Shown piece after piece: positions 9,665 to 21,748 of a stretch of DNA of 64,000 nt. Position numbers and translations under genes: made by a program. The DNA comes from a virus, in IMG/VR virus record IMGVR_UViG_3300037755_001279, positions 32,001 to 96,000 of that record. One strand, given 5' to 3'. A model generated the notes under the pieces. The model worked only from the letters and a program-made list of their open reading frames with translations. It made no database searches and was not told where the DNA came from. Position 1 is the first letter of the stretch; every line of letters starts with the position of its first letter.

Positions 9665-9802
9665 CGTCGATCGTCACGACCGCTAACCGGGCTATTCCTC
9701 GTTGGTGGCGATAGCCCGTATGGTCGCGTTCGCGCCGCTGAGCTTTTGCCGTTGCTGAACGTGTCAGGTCGTGACGTTGATGACTTCGAGATCGTCGAAG
9801 TC
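9665..9802 (+). ncRNA. Candidate structured RNA or bidirectional terminator between convergent regulators
   Basis: 9665-9681 pairs with 9767-9782. Inner stems 9688-9695/9711-9718 and 9725-9731/9757-9763. Hairpin 9782-9802. Confidence 0.35.
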
Positions 9803-9807
9803 CCTGA

Positions 9808-10089
9808 CTAATCCTCGCCGGGGATCTCGCCGTCCTTGTGCGACAAGATGTACTGCTGCAGGAACGTCTCGAAGGCTCGCTTGAATTCGCCCGTGCCGAC
9901 ACGGAAGCCTTCGCCCCAGCCGGCCTCGAACGGGTCGTGTGCGCCGCCGTGCAGCCGCTGATCGATCAGCAGCCGCAGGTATTGGCTGACCGAGACCTCT
10001 TCGCCGGTGGCCTGCTTGAGCGCCTCACGGTCGTGGTCGACCTTGTGGCCGGTTTCCTCGTCTACCTGGACTGAAAAAATGCGGGGCAC
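9808..10089 (-). CDS. Ribbon-helix-helix (CopG-like) DNA-binding protein
   Basis: Beta strand RIFSVQV, then a helix, then VSVSQYLRLLI. Confidence 0.55.
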   Translation of the reverse strand: MPRIFSVQVDEETGHKVDHDREALKQATGEEVSVSQYLRLLIDQRLHGGAHDPFEAGWGEGFRVGTGEFKRAFETFLQQYILSHKDGEIPGED

Positions 10090-10199
10090 GTGGAGCTTTC
10101 GACAGAGCCTGGGCGGAGCTTTGCGCACCCCAACGTATCGCCGCGCGCCGCCGGCGCCAAGGGGATCCGGCACGCGATCTCCGACGGTGGACCGTCGAA

Positions 10200-10490
10200 G
10201 ATCCGAATTCGGGGGATTCGAACATGCGAAAGGGTCCGAATCGACGTCGAATCCGGGACCTATGAGCGCCGCGCTGATTCGGAAAGCATCCGAAAAATGG
10301 CCTGTATTATCCGATAGTTATACGATAAATCCACGGGTTTCATTCGAGAATCCACCGGTTTTACCGAATGAAATCCGATACTTGGACCACTAATCCACGG
10401 GTTACCATCACCCGTGAAACCCTCGGATCTGGCACTGGAGAACCAACTAAGAATCGAATAAATTCGCATAGTTACGGCTTTTAGCGAAGT
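10200..10490. repeat. AT-richer intergenic region with ~21-bp phased ATCC repeats (iteron/origin-like)
   Basis: AATCCACGGGTT at 10328 and 10392, AATCCACCGGTT at 10349, ATCCGATA at 10309 and 10373, ATCCGA at 10288. Confidence 0.55.
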
Positions 10491-10496
10491 ACCGAC

Positions 10497-10564
10497 TTGT
10501 GCTTTGGCTTGTCAGGCCTCATGATGGTTCTTGCCCGGCACTTTCCACCCCGGGCAGGAAGGCA
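10497..10564 (+). promoter_or_regulatory. sigma70-like promoter plus conserved leader motif
   Basis: TTGTGC-N17-CATGAT (10497-10525), then CGGCACTTTCCACCCCGGGCAGGAAGGCA. Confidence 0.5.
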
Positions 10565-10572
10565 CGAACCCA

Positions 10573-12423
10573 ATGGACACCGGAGCCGACGACGACCTTT
10601 TCGACATGCGCGGATCAGCCCCCTCGGATCCCCGCTTTCGCGCACTGACGCCCCCGGGGGGCGTCCCGTCGCCCTGGCTCTCGCCGCCGTCGGCGGCGCA
10701 GCTGCCCGGCGAGATCACCCTGCCCGCGGCACGTGCCGAGCGCGTCGCCCTGGGGCTATTCATCGCCGCGTTCCTGCGCGCCATGTGGTTCACCTGGGGT
10801 GCGCTCGCCGAGCGCGCTCGCATGGCGCCCGTGGCAGCGCCCGTGACGGCGCCCGCGCCCGCCGCCTTGCCGCCGGTGGTGGCGCCCGTGGTGGCGCCCG
10901 TCGTCGACTCGGCGCCCGTGCGCACCGACCTGTACATCCGCGCGCTGCCGGACGGCACGCTAGCACTCGTCGCTCCGTACATCCGCGGCGCCGACGGCTA
11001 CACGGCGCGCCCTGCACTCAAGGCCGCCACCGGAGCCGAGTTTCTGCGTGGTACACCGACGCTGCGTGCTGCCGGCCTCACCGAGGCGTGGGTGGTGCCC
11101 GCGGGTGGCCTTGCCGCTGCTCGTGCATGGCTCATGCAGTGGTTTGGCTACAGCGGCGGCTCGGTGCAGGGCACCACGGCCAGCCTGACGGACGCGCCCG
11201 CGGCACCCGCCGTGGCGCCCGTGCCCACGGCTAGCGAGCGCCAGGCAATCCCCGCCGCTACGATCACAGCGGCCGTGGTGTCAGCCGATGCCACCTCCGC
11301 CGCCATCATCGAGCGCGCGCGCAGCCGCCGCGCCGCGACTCCGCCGCCCGTCGCGGCGGGCAACGCAGCGCTTGCCGCGCTCGATGCCGCGCTCGGCGGT
11401 AACACCATGCTGACGGAAACCCGCGCCGATGTCGGCGAGGTCAACGGCGCCACCCTACGTGCCGGTGAGCTAGTCGCCGGTGCCCGCACCGACGGTCAAG
11501 GTGTGCTCGTCGGCTGGACCGGCCGTAAGGAGCGCACGCGGTCGCAGATCATCGCGGCGCTTGCCGCCGCGGGTGCCCCGTCGGATTGGGCGCCGAAGAG
11601 CAAGAGCGCCCATGCCCACGCTGGTAACGCCGTCATGCGGCTCAGCCGTGAGGGCCTCATCCCGCGCATGGCGCGCGACGTCAACGCCGACGATCGCCGC
11701 CGCGGTGTCGCCGCCCGTTGGATCGTCGGCCGCGCCAACTTCACCGGTGATGTCGGCGATGCCATGGGGCGGATCGCCCTGACGGCCGAGCTGGTCAACA
11801 GTGACCTCCGGCTTGACGGTGACCCGGCGCTTTGCGCCGAAGTCCGCGAGGAGTACAACCGCCGTGCGGACGCGGACGTGTACGGCGCCGCGGACGTGAC
11901 GGCGTGGTTGTCCGGCGTGCTGCGCGAGCATCTCGGCGCCGTGCGGCTGGCACAAGCGTGGTACGTGCGGAATCAGCACGCCACGGTGGCCGAGCGCCTC
12001 TGTCAGGTCATCGCGGACGGCGACAAGTCGATCGCGCTCACCGGGTGGGGGTGTGACTGGCTTCTGCCCGCGCTGCCGGTGGCGACCAGCAAGCAACTCC
12101 GTACGGGCCTGGCCCGCGGGTTCATCACCGAGGCGACCGACGTGCTCGACGAGCTGGAAGCGGCGCAAAAGGTCGCCCGCGATGCCGGCCGCACGGGCAT
12201 CGGCACCCGCGCCGCGGCGACCTTGCTCGGCAAGTTGCGCACGGTCAGCGAGCGCGCCGCGCAGTACATGACGATCCTCGGGGCGGAAGCGCTCGGCGAC
12301 ATCAGGGTTCAGATCCGGGCGGCGCTCGACGTTGTCGAGCCGCTCTGTGATGACACTTCGCAGCGCGGCGCTCTGCTGGAATTGGACGACGCGCCGCGCG
12401 ATTCCGGCGCGCGCCGCGACTAG
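10573..12423 (+). CDS. Large hypothetical protein; C-terminal half DUF6744/DUF3150-like
   Basis: GVLVGW...LAAAG...PKSKS..A...Y....V..WL..VL...L....WYV pattern, recalled from phage proteins linked to AAA/vWA modules. Confidence 0.55.
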   Translation: MDTGADDDLFDMRGSAPSDPRFRALTPPGGVPSPWLSPPSAAQLPGEITLPAARAERVALGLFIAAFLRAMWFTWGALAERARMAPVAAPVTAPAPAALPPVVAPVVAPVVDSAPVRTDLYIRALPDGTLALVAPYIRGADGYTARPALKAATGAEFLRGTPTLRAAGLTEAWVVPAGGLAAARAWLMQWFGYSGGSVQGTTASLTDAPAAPAVAPVPTASERQAIPAATITAAVVSADATSAAIIERARSRRAATPPPVAAGNAALAALDAALGGNTMLTETRADVGEVNGATLRAGELVAGARTDGQGVLVGWTGRKERTRSQIIAALAAAGAPSDWAPKSKSAHAHAGNAVMRLSREGLIPRMARDVNADDRRRGVAARWIVGRANFTGDVGDAMGRIALTAELVNSDLRLDGDPALCAEVREEYNRRADADVYGAADVTAWLSGVLREHLGAVRLAQAWYVRNQHATVAERLCQVIADGDKSIALTGWGCDWLLPALPVATSKQLRTGLARGFITEATDVLDELEAAQKVARDAGRTGIGTRAAATLLGKLRTVSERAAQYMTILGAEALGDIRVQIRAALDVVEPLCDDTSQRGALLELDDAPRDSGARRD

Positions 12424-12429
12424 CATCCC

Positions 12430-12553
12430 GCGGGGGGCGCCGGGTGGGTTGGGCCGTGACGCGGGCGATTCTGCCGCGCGTGTACGGTTCGACGGCCCGG
12501 AGCTGCCAAATACGGAGCCGTCGCCCGGCGCCCCCCGCACCTTCCTTTTTCTT
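12430..12553 (+). ncRNA. Candidate structured RNA closed by a 17-bp GC stem and followed by a pyrimidine tract
   Basis: 12430-12446 pairs with 12522-12538; inner stem 12451-12457/12492-12498; CTTCCTTTTTCTT follows. Confidence 0.4.
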
Positions 12554-12577
12554 CCTGCCACCTCGGAGTCAAGCCCC

Positions 12578-15500
12578 ATGGCTATCGTCACCGCGTTTCA
12601 CTTCACCGCGCAAACCGGCGCGATCGACTACGCCGAACCCAAGGCGCCGTCCAATTTCTACCGGTACACCTTGCCGGCCGCGTGCCTTGGGCGCGTCAAA
12701 CTGGCCATCGATGCCGCCGCCGTCGGGTCGGGTGGCCTGGAGTACCCCGCCGACTTCCTCGTGTGGCTTGCCGCGAACGATGCGCCGCGCGCGGCGCTCA
12801 CGTGCCGCCACTGCGCGAAGCCGTGCCCTCCACAGCACGTGACGTGCGACGGTAGCGAGTGCCAGGAAGCCGAGTACCACGCCAACGCTGAGCGCGCTGC
12901 AATGCGGCGCCGCACGCGGCGCTAGGAGCCAAGCCATGCCGATCCGTCAATACATCACTGACATCGAGGCCCTGTGGGACAACGGCCGCGATCTCCACCA
13001 AGTCGTCGACGACTACATCGACCAACTGCAGGACGAGGAGCGCGCAGAGATCTTGGCGCTGTACGGTGCACGGGACCTGAGCGAGCCGACGCCAGAGGCG
13101 TTCGACAAGCGCGGACCGTTCGACAAGACGCCGCCGCCGCTGCAGCAGGGGTGGGACGCGATGCAGCGCTGGTGGGAACGTGTGCAACGGCAGCTCGCCT
13201 TCAACGCGCTCTATCAAGCGGCGTGCGCCGTCTTGGACGGCACCATGACCCCCGAGGAAGCAGGTTTGCCGTGACCACCGCACCCACCCCCGAAGCGTCC
13301 GAAGAGCTTTACATCCCCGCCGCCCGCGACGCGGTGATCGCCTACTTCGGGCGCCCCGCGCACGGCGGCGCTGGGCTGCGCACCCACTGCAACACCTGCA
13401 TCGCCGCCGGCCACGCGTTGCACGGCTACGACGGCCGCGCGGAGCCCGACAAGGTGCACGGCGATCTGCTGACAGCGCGGTCCGACGGTCGCGACGGCGA
13501 CATGTTGCCGGACACCGAGGCGTGCGACGTCTGCGACGTGCTGCTCTCGACGATCTCGGCACAGTGCCAGGCTGAGCACGATGCACAACAAGCGCGCTGG
13601 GCACGCATCGCACGACCGACCGTGCTGATCGAGTACGGCATCCCGGCGTTCATCCGCTGCCGGGTGTACTGAGGAGTCTATCCATGTCACGCAAGCAACA
13701 CACTGAGAGCCGGAGCCGGCCCTACTTCACCCTCTGTGGCCGCGAGATGCCGCAGGATCAAGATCCGTGGTCGCCGGACGCGGAAAGCTGTGAGGCGTGC
13801 GCGCGCGTTGTGCGCCTTGCCGATGCCCGACGCAATCAGCGTGCGCCGCGTACCTTCGGCGGCGATCGTTAGCCCACCCCATAACCAACCACCGCTAAGG
13901 AGCAACACGACCATGGAACCGTCGACCACTACCGCCGCCACTACCACCGCCGCCACCGCCGCTTCGGACGACGGAACGCCGCTCGTGCAAGCCGCGCTGC
14001 GCGCCTTGCCGTTGCTGGTCCAGCTTGGTGATTACATTGGCAACGGCCCCGTCGACTCCAGCAACCCGCAGTCCCTCGGTGAGCGCTGTGACGTTGTCGA
14101 GGCGTTGCGCGCGGCGCTCGGCGCTCTCGGCGTGTCCGAGTCGGACATGGCGCCCACGAAGGGGCGCCGCGCGTAGGCCAATTTTGCCAGAGTGAATTTC
14201 GCAAACGCGAGCGACGTCTGATACAACAGTCGGGCATTTCAAACCCCCGGCAGGAAGGCAGGGCCCCGTGGCCTACCAGTACACCACGACTGAGACCGAG
14301 GCCGAGCACGCCGAGCGCATCGGCGTCGATGAGACCAGCGAAGAGACCCGCTGGTGCGACACTTGCAGCGTGTGGGAGGCGGCCGAGCTGGTGTGCGAAA
14401 AGGCGGTGGCCGCCGCGCTTGCTGCCGAGGAAGCGGCGATCCTGGCCAACCGCCCGCCCCCGGCGCGCATCGTGGCGCGGATGCGGCGGCAGACGCTCAT
14501 CTGTTCGTGCGGCCACCGTACGTGCCGCATGATCAACAGGTACGGCCTGACCGTCCCGACGTTCCGCGGTGACATCGAGCCGATCCCGTCGCAGTACGCG
14601 CGGGACCGGCGCGCGCTGGAGATCAAGGCCGGGGGTGGGTTGTGATCGAGATACCCTCGGCGGAAGCCAGCCGTCGCCTGGCGATCATAATGCAGCGCGC
14701 CCCGCAACTGTACGACGCGGTCCTGGTGGACGCGCACGGCGCCATCGCCGCCGTGTGCTGCGTGTGGTGGGTGGGCGACGTCATCGAGGATGCCGGCGAG
14801 AGCTGGACCGGCTATGTGCTGATGCCTGGGGGTGGGTTGTGACGCGAACCCGCAACCCCGAGCACATTGCCGGCCGCAAGGTGCCCGGTTGGGGCGCCCG
14901 GCGCATCGCTCAGATTCCGCCCTGCGCTGCCAGCATGGGCTGTCTCTGTGCAGGCCACGCGCGCGGCAATGCTGCGACGGCGCCGTGTGACACCAGCGAG
15001 ATCGCACCGACCGCGTCAACGCGGGCAACCCGCCCGCCCACCATGACCGACTTCGAGGCCTGGATGCGCGACATCTATGCCAAGTCGCGCAAGATCGACC
15101 CTGACGAAGAACGTGACTGGAACGCGATGGCGCTCGGGTTCATGGTCGCGCGCGGCGTCGACTACCGCGTAGCTGTCGATTGGGAGCTATGCTCGGCGTT
15201 CACCTGCGGCGATCGGCCGCGCGCCGAAGCGGCGACGGCGATGTCAGAGCGCGTGTGGCTCGCGCATGATTGGGCCGACCGAGTTGGGTACCGTGCCGCA
15301 TACCGTACGGCACTCGTCGCAGCCGCGGACGCCACCGAACCACCGGCCGGTATCGACGTCGCTCTGTGGGTGCGCTCACTCGATGATGCAGCGTGGGAGG
15401 CGGCGCGGGTAGCGGTACCGGTTGAGCTGCCCAAGAAACGCAACGCACGGTCAGCGGCTGCGCGCGCGCATCTTGACGCCGTCGCGGCTGCCGGCCATAC

Positions 15501-18500
15501 GGCGCGACTTGCAGCCAGCTCGCACGCGTTCAACCAACGCTTGATCGCCGGCTGGAATGTCGCCGGTACGCCGCTACCGGAGTGCGCTGCGGCTGACCTA
15601 TGCGATCCGCACCGTCGCGGATACCCGACGACGACGCCATGCGCGGACCTCCGCATGTTCGACCCCAACGCCCCGAAAGGCGCCTGACTCCATGCTGTTC
15701 ATCGTCAACTGCGAGACCTTCAACGCCGACGGCCCGACCCGGGAAGAGACGCTCTTTGTCGTTGCATCCGACCGGATGGCCGCGATCAACGAAGCGCGGC
15801 GCGCCGTCAAGCGATGGCCCGAGAGTGCGGCCCTCAAGGCCGGCATCTTGATCACCGGTCCGCGTCCGGTGTTCCTGTCCGTCGGGCACTGCGCCCGCGA
15901 GCTGCTGGCCGCGGACCTGGCTTACCTGATCGGTTACATGGTTGCCGATGGCGATGACGCCATGGAGCTGGATTACGCTTCTGGCTACATCGCGTGCGCG
16001 CTTTACGGCGGCGCGGACTGCGACGTCGATTGGATGGCGACCGACGAGATCATCAAGCCGCGTGTCGCGGCAATGATGCGCGCGGCGGCAGCGGCGCGGC
16101 GCGCGGACTTGGTTCCCGAGGGGTTGGTGTCATGAGCGGTTTGCATCGAGCGCTCACTGCCGCAATCCTGCAGTGCAACGCGGCGATCGACGCGTACCCG
16201 GACCTGACGCGGGCCGATGTTCGACACCCGGGTCAAACCGAATCCACCGTCGTCACCGTGACGCAGGTACACGGCGAGCTTCAGTGGCACGTCGAGTGCC
16301 GCGTCAGGTTGCTCAAATCGCCGCGTCGCACGGCGGCGCGCGGTCGCGTGGCGGCGCGCGGTGTGATGAGTGCGTGTAAAGACACGCTGACCGCCACCAT
16401 CGCGTCGTTCTGCGACCCCACGCAGATCGGCTACCTCGTCGACGTTTTGAAAGAAATCTAGGAACACCATGACCGTCTTCCTCAACAACACCCACCACTC
16501 CAGCGGCAACAACAAGGGCCAGGTCCGCCGCGCCTGGCGTCGCATCGCGCGCAAGCGTGACCGTGCCGCGGCGCGCCGCGAGCTGCGGCTCGCGCTCGCT
16601 GGGGAGGGGTTCTAGGTCATGCCCCGCGCCTGCATCATGTTCGCCCACGCCGATGGAACCGAGGGCAACCACGCCACCATCGAGGGTGACGAAGCGCGCA
16701 TCCGCGTGGCGCTTCATGGCTGTCTCGGCGTCAACAATGCGGCCCGAGCGTGGGCTACCGACGCACGCACCGGTGAGCTGATCGCCGGTGTCTACTACGA
16801 CGGCCGCGCGCTGACGTCACTGCCGACTACGCAATACGCCGTGTGGATCGGCGCCTTCAAGGGTGAGATGCGCGGCGGAGTGTGGGACGCGCACGGGGGC
16901 GGGCGCCTTGTCCGACCGCCGCTCGCGCGCATCATCGAGCGCGACGCGTCGCATGTCTACCGCGCCGTGCGCGGCGGCGGCAACCGCATGGTGCTGGTCT
17001 ACATCAACGGGCGCTGCATCGGCCACGCTGATCCGATCGACCTGGGGTTCACGGGCACCGATGCGATGATCGCCGCGGGGGCTGCGTCATGAGTGGGAGC
17101 AAGATCACCACGCGCCACCCGTCCACGCCCGAGATCACCGCGTTCGCCGTGGGCGCTAACGGCACCCGTAACCGCGGCTTTGATCTCGATGGCGTGCGCG
17201 TGCTGGTGTCTGGCGACGACGACGCGCAAATCGCCGCGGTGGCCTTCAACCTCGCCAACGCAGGTGCTGCACTGGAACAGGCGCGCGCGCGGCATGTCGA
17301 GCTGCAGGCAGAGATCGAACGCGTCGAGTCACCCACCGCACGGTGGGCACGGCTGCACGCGCAGCACGCGCAGCTTTCAGCTGCACCACCCAAGCGCCCC
17401 GCGCGACTCTTGGGCCCCGGTGTGGTCCGTTTCGATCCGGCGATGGGCAAGCCGTGGCTGCTCAACAAGCGTGAGCCGGGGTGGTCATCCTGGGGCGTGG
17501 TTTGCGACGATTGGGATGATCTATTTCGCCGCTTCAACGTTCGGGTTACCGGACACGGCACCGACGAGCACGGTGCATGGTGGGAGGTCACGCCGATCAT
17601 CGAGGAAGCTACGCCGTGAAGGGCCCCAAGATCACACCCCGTGCGGGGCGGCGCTACAATTTCGCCGATGTCACCTGGCCTGCCGATCAGACTGCGTGCT
17701 TTGCACGTTGTGAGATCGCTGCGTCGCGTGCCACCGACGGCACGCCGGTGCTCGACGTCATCATGATCTTCAACCCCGCGGTCCGCGTGCGCGTGCCGTA
17801 CGAACAGCTTGCCGCGATGCACGTGAGCGATGCGCTGGTAGAACGCGCGCTCGCTGCGTTCGTGGCAGTGCCGCCGTGCAACGGCGACGCAGCACCGCTG
17901 GAAGCGGCGATGCGCCGTGCGCTCGAAGCAGTGCTGAAGGGTGGGCGGCCGTGACGTCCGCAGGCGGGATCAGAATGCAGTATCACCCAGCTACAGGAGA
18001 TCGACCATGACCGCTACCCCCAGGACCGCCGCCGACCATGGCGCCGACGACGCGACCACCGCCTACAACGAGTGGAGCGACGACGTCAGCCCGATCGAGT
18101 CCGTCGCCGCGATGCGCGCCGGTCGCGAGGAGTTGCCGGACGAGGCGCTGATCAACGCGATGGGCGCGAACTGGATCATCCAGCAGGCGACCGGCGACGA
18201 GGCCGCCGAGCAGACGGACGAGAATTGGGAGATGATCGGCCTGCCGTGGTGCGCGGCGTACAACGCGGCGTATCTCGCCCGCCTCCAGGAACTGGCGTCC
18301 GCCGCCGCGCAGGGCGAGTAGGCCCGAGCGGTGAGCATCGACCCCGAGCACCGCATCCGCTCCCTCGCTGGCGAGGACTACCACGGCGACCACCCAACCT
18401 CGCCGGCCCGCGCCCGCATCGAGTGGCACGCCAACGACGAGGACATCGCCGAGGCGGTCGCGCGGGTAGGCGGCATCGACTACGCGGCCACGCTGTACGC

Positions 18501-19961
18501 CGAGGAGCTGGCGGAGATCCGGCGGTACGAGGCGAGAGAGGAAGGCTGAGATGGGCAAGGACGGGGATAGGACTGCTCACTGGATGCGCCGGCCGTGCGT
18601 CTGCGGCAGACCGTTTGGCGCCCACCGCGCGGCGCCGCCCCACTCTCACGGCGACGACTGCCCGGGATTCCACGCCAAGAGCGAAGCCCCACCCGCCACC
18701 AAGGAAGAGTAGGAGGAGACGATGACTGAACGAGACGACAAGGCAAGGTTCATCGGGCGCCTGCGCCACTTCGCGGCCACCAACGGCGCCGACACCCCCG
18801 ACGGCTACGGTCGCATCGGGTACCGCCCGGGGCGCGGATTGACGGTCCTGGCGGTCGGCATCGCGCAGTACCTCGACGACCCGGCGATCCCCGGTCCGTC
18901 CCTCGGGCTCAACTGGCTGCGCGATCTTCCGCTGTACCTCACCGAGGCGTTCCGCGCCTTCCGCGAGTCGCCGCGGTGGGACGACTTGCGGCGGGTCTAC
19001 AGGGAGCACGCCGACCACGAGATCCCGAGCCTCGTCAACATCCACGAGGGCGGCCTCCATCGCTCCATGGTAGCGCATGACATCGTGCGGCTCGTGCCGA
19101 TCCTTGCCGATGCGGAGTGGCTGGCGGCTCGGCTCGCCGAGCACGTCAACGCACAGTGGGGCGTTGTCACGCAGGCGTGGCAAGACTTCCTGCGCGTCAT
19201 CTACCGCGAGGTCATGCCGCGCATCAAGGCCGAGACCCACTGCGGCGAGTTCGGAGCGACGACCCTGCTGTCGTTCGCCTGCGCTGGCCGCGTGATGTTC
19301 ACGTTCAACCGCGGCGATGACTCGCTCACGTACGTTGCCGACGATTCGGACATGTACGGCGCGCGTTCCGGCCCGAACGCGACCGCCACACCGTACGAGC
19401 GGTGCGTCGCGATGATCCGCGATGTGGTCGACGGCTGGGGGATGGAGAGGTTCGCGCGGTCCGACAGCGTGGGGATCGGATGACCGCCCCGCTGACCGAC
19501 GACGAGCGCGACGGCGCGGCGGCGCAAGCCGAGGCGGACGCCGACGGCTACGACCGCGGCCTCGAATACAACACGGTCATGAGGTACTACCGCTACTTCA
19601 TGTTGCCGGAGAAACGGAACCGCTTCGGGTATGAGCTGCGCTGCGAGGTCGTGTCGTGCACGGACTACGACAAGATCAAGCCGGGGCACGGCCCGTGACC
19701 CGCGGACACAACACGCGCGCCTCGACGATCACGCACGGCCGACAGTATGCCGTCAACGTAGTCGACACCGTAGTCACCTTCGAGTGCGCACGCGCGCAAC
19801 ACAACTACAAGATCGATTTCGCGAAAAAGCCGCTGCACAGGCGGTTGAGCACAACGGCGTGCAAGATGATGGCGCGTTGGTGGAGTCGTGAACGCGGCGG
19901 CTGTATCGGCGAGTGTCCGAAGTGCCGCCGTGCCGAGCTGAAGTTGAAGCCGCCCCCTTGA
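12578..19961 (+). other. Array of ~20 short, co-oriented hypothetical genes (early/host-takeover-like)
   Basis: ORFs 12578-12925, 12936-13274, 13271-13672, 13684-13872, 13913-14176, 14268-14645, 14642-14842, 14839-15687, 15692-16135, 16132-16461, 16619-17092, 17089-17619, 17616-17954, 18007-18321, 18331-18549, 18722-19483, 19480-19698, 19695-19961, with GTGA/ATGA overlaps or GGAG RBS. Confidence 0.75.
14198..14260 (+). promoter_or_regulatory. Extended -10 promoter plus conserved leader motif
   Basis: TGaTACAAC at 14219-14227, then CGGGCATTTCAAACCCCCGGCAGGAAGGCA at 14231-14260. Confidence 0.5.
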
Positions 19962-20032
19962 CTCCGCCCTAACCAAGCACTATTCTCATCTGCGAAACTG
20001 GAAACCCCGCCGGGCACTTCTCACCCCCGGCA
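19958..20032 (+). promoter_or_regulatory. sigma70 promoter plus conserved leader motif
   Basis: TTGACT-N17-TATTCT (19958-19986), then CGGGCACTTCTCACCCCCGGCA at 20011-20032. Confidence 0.7.
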
Positions 20033-20047
20033 TCGAGGAGCGAGACC

Positions 20048-21748
20048 ATGATACTCACGAAGTTGTTCAAGTGCGGCCACACGTACTACCGCGACCCGGC
20101 CGCGAACCGGTACTACGTCACCGACGCCTCGACGGCTGCCAGCGGCGCCGTCCAGATCGACACCACGCGACCGATCATCATCGGCGACTGCGGCGGCATC
20201 AGCCTGCCGCTCGCCGACGGCGGCGCCACGCCGATCTCGGGCATCGAGGCGGCAGCGGCGGTGCTCAACCTCGGGATGACCGTCCGACTCGGCGAGCTGG
20301 GCGACCACGTGATCCTCACGCAGGCGGATTGAGCCATGTGGACCCTCGACGACGTCAAGGCGCTCGTCGCCACCGGTGAATTCCACCACGCGACGGCACG
20401 CACGATCGGTGAGCCGCGGTTGTTCATCTACCGTCGCAATGGGGCGGGCTTTCGCGGCTACGAGCTGGTGGCGTCTATCCCCGACACCGACGAGAACCGC
20501 GCGTACTTCGCATCCATCAAGCACGGCGTCTCTGTGGGCGCCTACGGAGCAGGCTGATGAGTGCCGACCTGATGACCCCGAGCGTCCACCTCAACGGCAC
20601 GAGCGGCGAACAGTTGTTCGAGCAAGTGTGCGGTGTCCTCGACGTGCTGCGCGCTTTGCGCAAGGCGATGGATGACGCCTCGCCCAACGCCCGCGACTAC
20701 TACATCCAGGGTGACGACGCCTTCAAGATCGCGGTGCTCCAACACGACGCCCGCGGCTTCAAGGTCACCGTCCTCATCGAGGAGTACCAGGCCCTCGCCG
20801 AGGGCATCGCTGACCAGAGGGGTGTGTAAAAGCCATGTCCGAATTCCTCAACAACGACATCGACACCGACTCGCTCACTGAGTCAGAGGTTCGCCGGCTG
20901 TGGCGCGAGCATCTGATCGACAGCGGCACCCGGGAATCCGCCTATCAATTCATCCGGCAGCGCAGCGACGTGACCACGCATCGCGCGGATCGCGTCCAAG
21001 CGGCGATGCGCTGTGTTGAGTTGCTGCGCCAACGCCCGGAGCATCAAGACGCCGTCAAGGCGCCGCCGGTCAAACCAGGCCGAGCCGAAGCAACCAGCCT
21101 CACAACCGACGGCATGATCATGCTGCGCGCGCTCGTGCACGTCGAGCTGAACCGGCTGCGCGCGCAGTTGGCGGGCGTCGAGGAGATATGCGGAACCTAC
21201 TACCCGCACGCGCCGCAGCTTGCGACATCGCGCAAACGCGTCGAGGAAGCTGAAGCGCTATACGGCAGCCTCGAAGATCTGCACAAGCTCTTCGATCAAC
21301 GGTCGGACGCCATCCGCGCCGAGAACGAGGCGCGGGAAGAGGTGCGGCTGCTGCGCGCCGCGCTGCAGGCGGAGCGCGCCACGGGGCTGGCGAGCAAGGA
21401 CAAGTTGTGACCAAACTCCTACGCCAAGACGCCGCGGTCATCATCTACCAGTGGCAGCGTCAGATCGGCGATCACTGGTCGTGCATTGCACTGCCGCCCA
21501 CCGGGAACGGGCACAACAGACCGTTGCACCCCAAGGCGTGGACTGAACACACAGCCAGCGGTGAAGCCTGGCAGCGTCACGGCATCCACGGCTTTCTGGA
21601 CAAAGACAAGGCGTTCGCTGCGATGCCGCTCGTCACGGCGTTCATTCGCACCGAAGCCGAGTATCCGCAGTATCGGCTGGCGCAGCTGCAGCTCACCCAG
21701 GTGACCACGGCGCTGGTGACAGCGACGGTGAAAGACCTCACGCCGTGA
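20048..21748 (+). other. Five short hypothetical genes
   Basis: 20048-20332, 20336-20557, 20557-20829, 20835-21410, 21407-21748, tightly packed. Confidence 0.7.
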
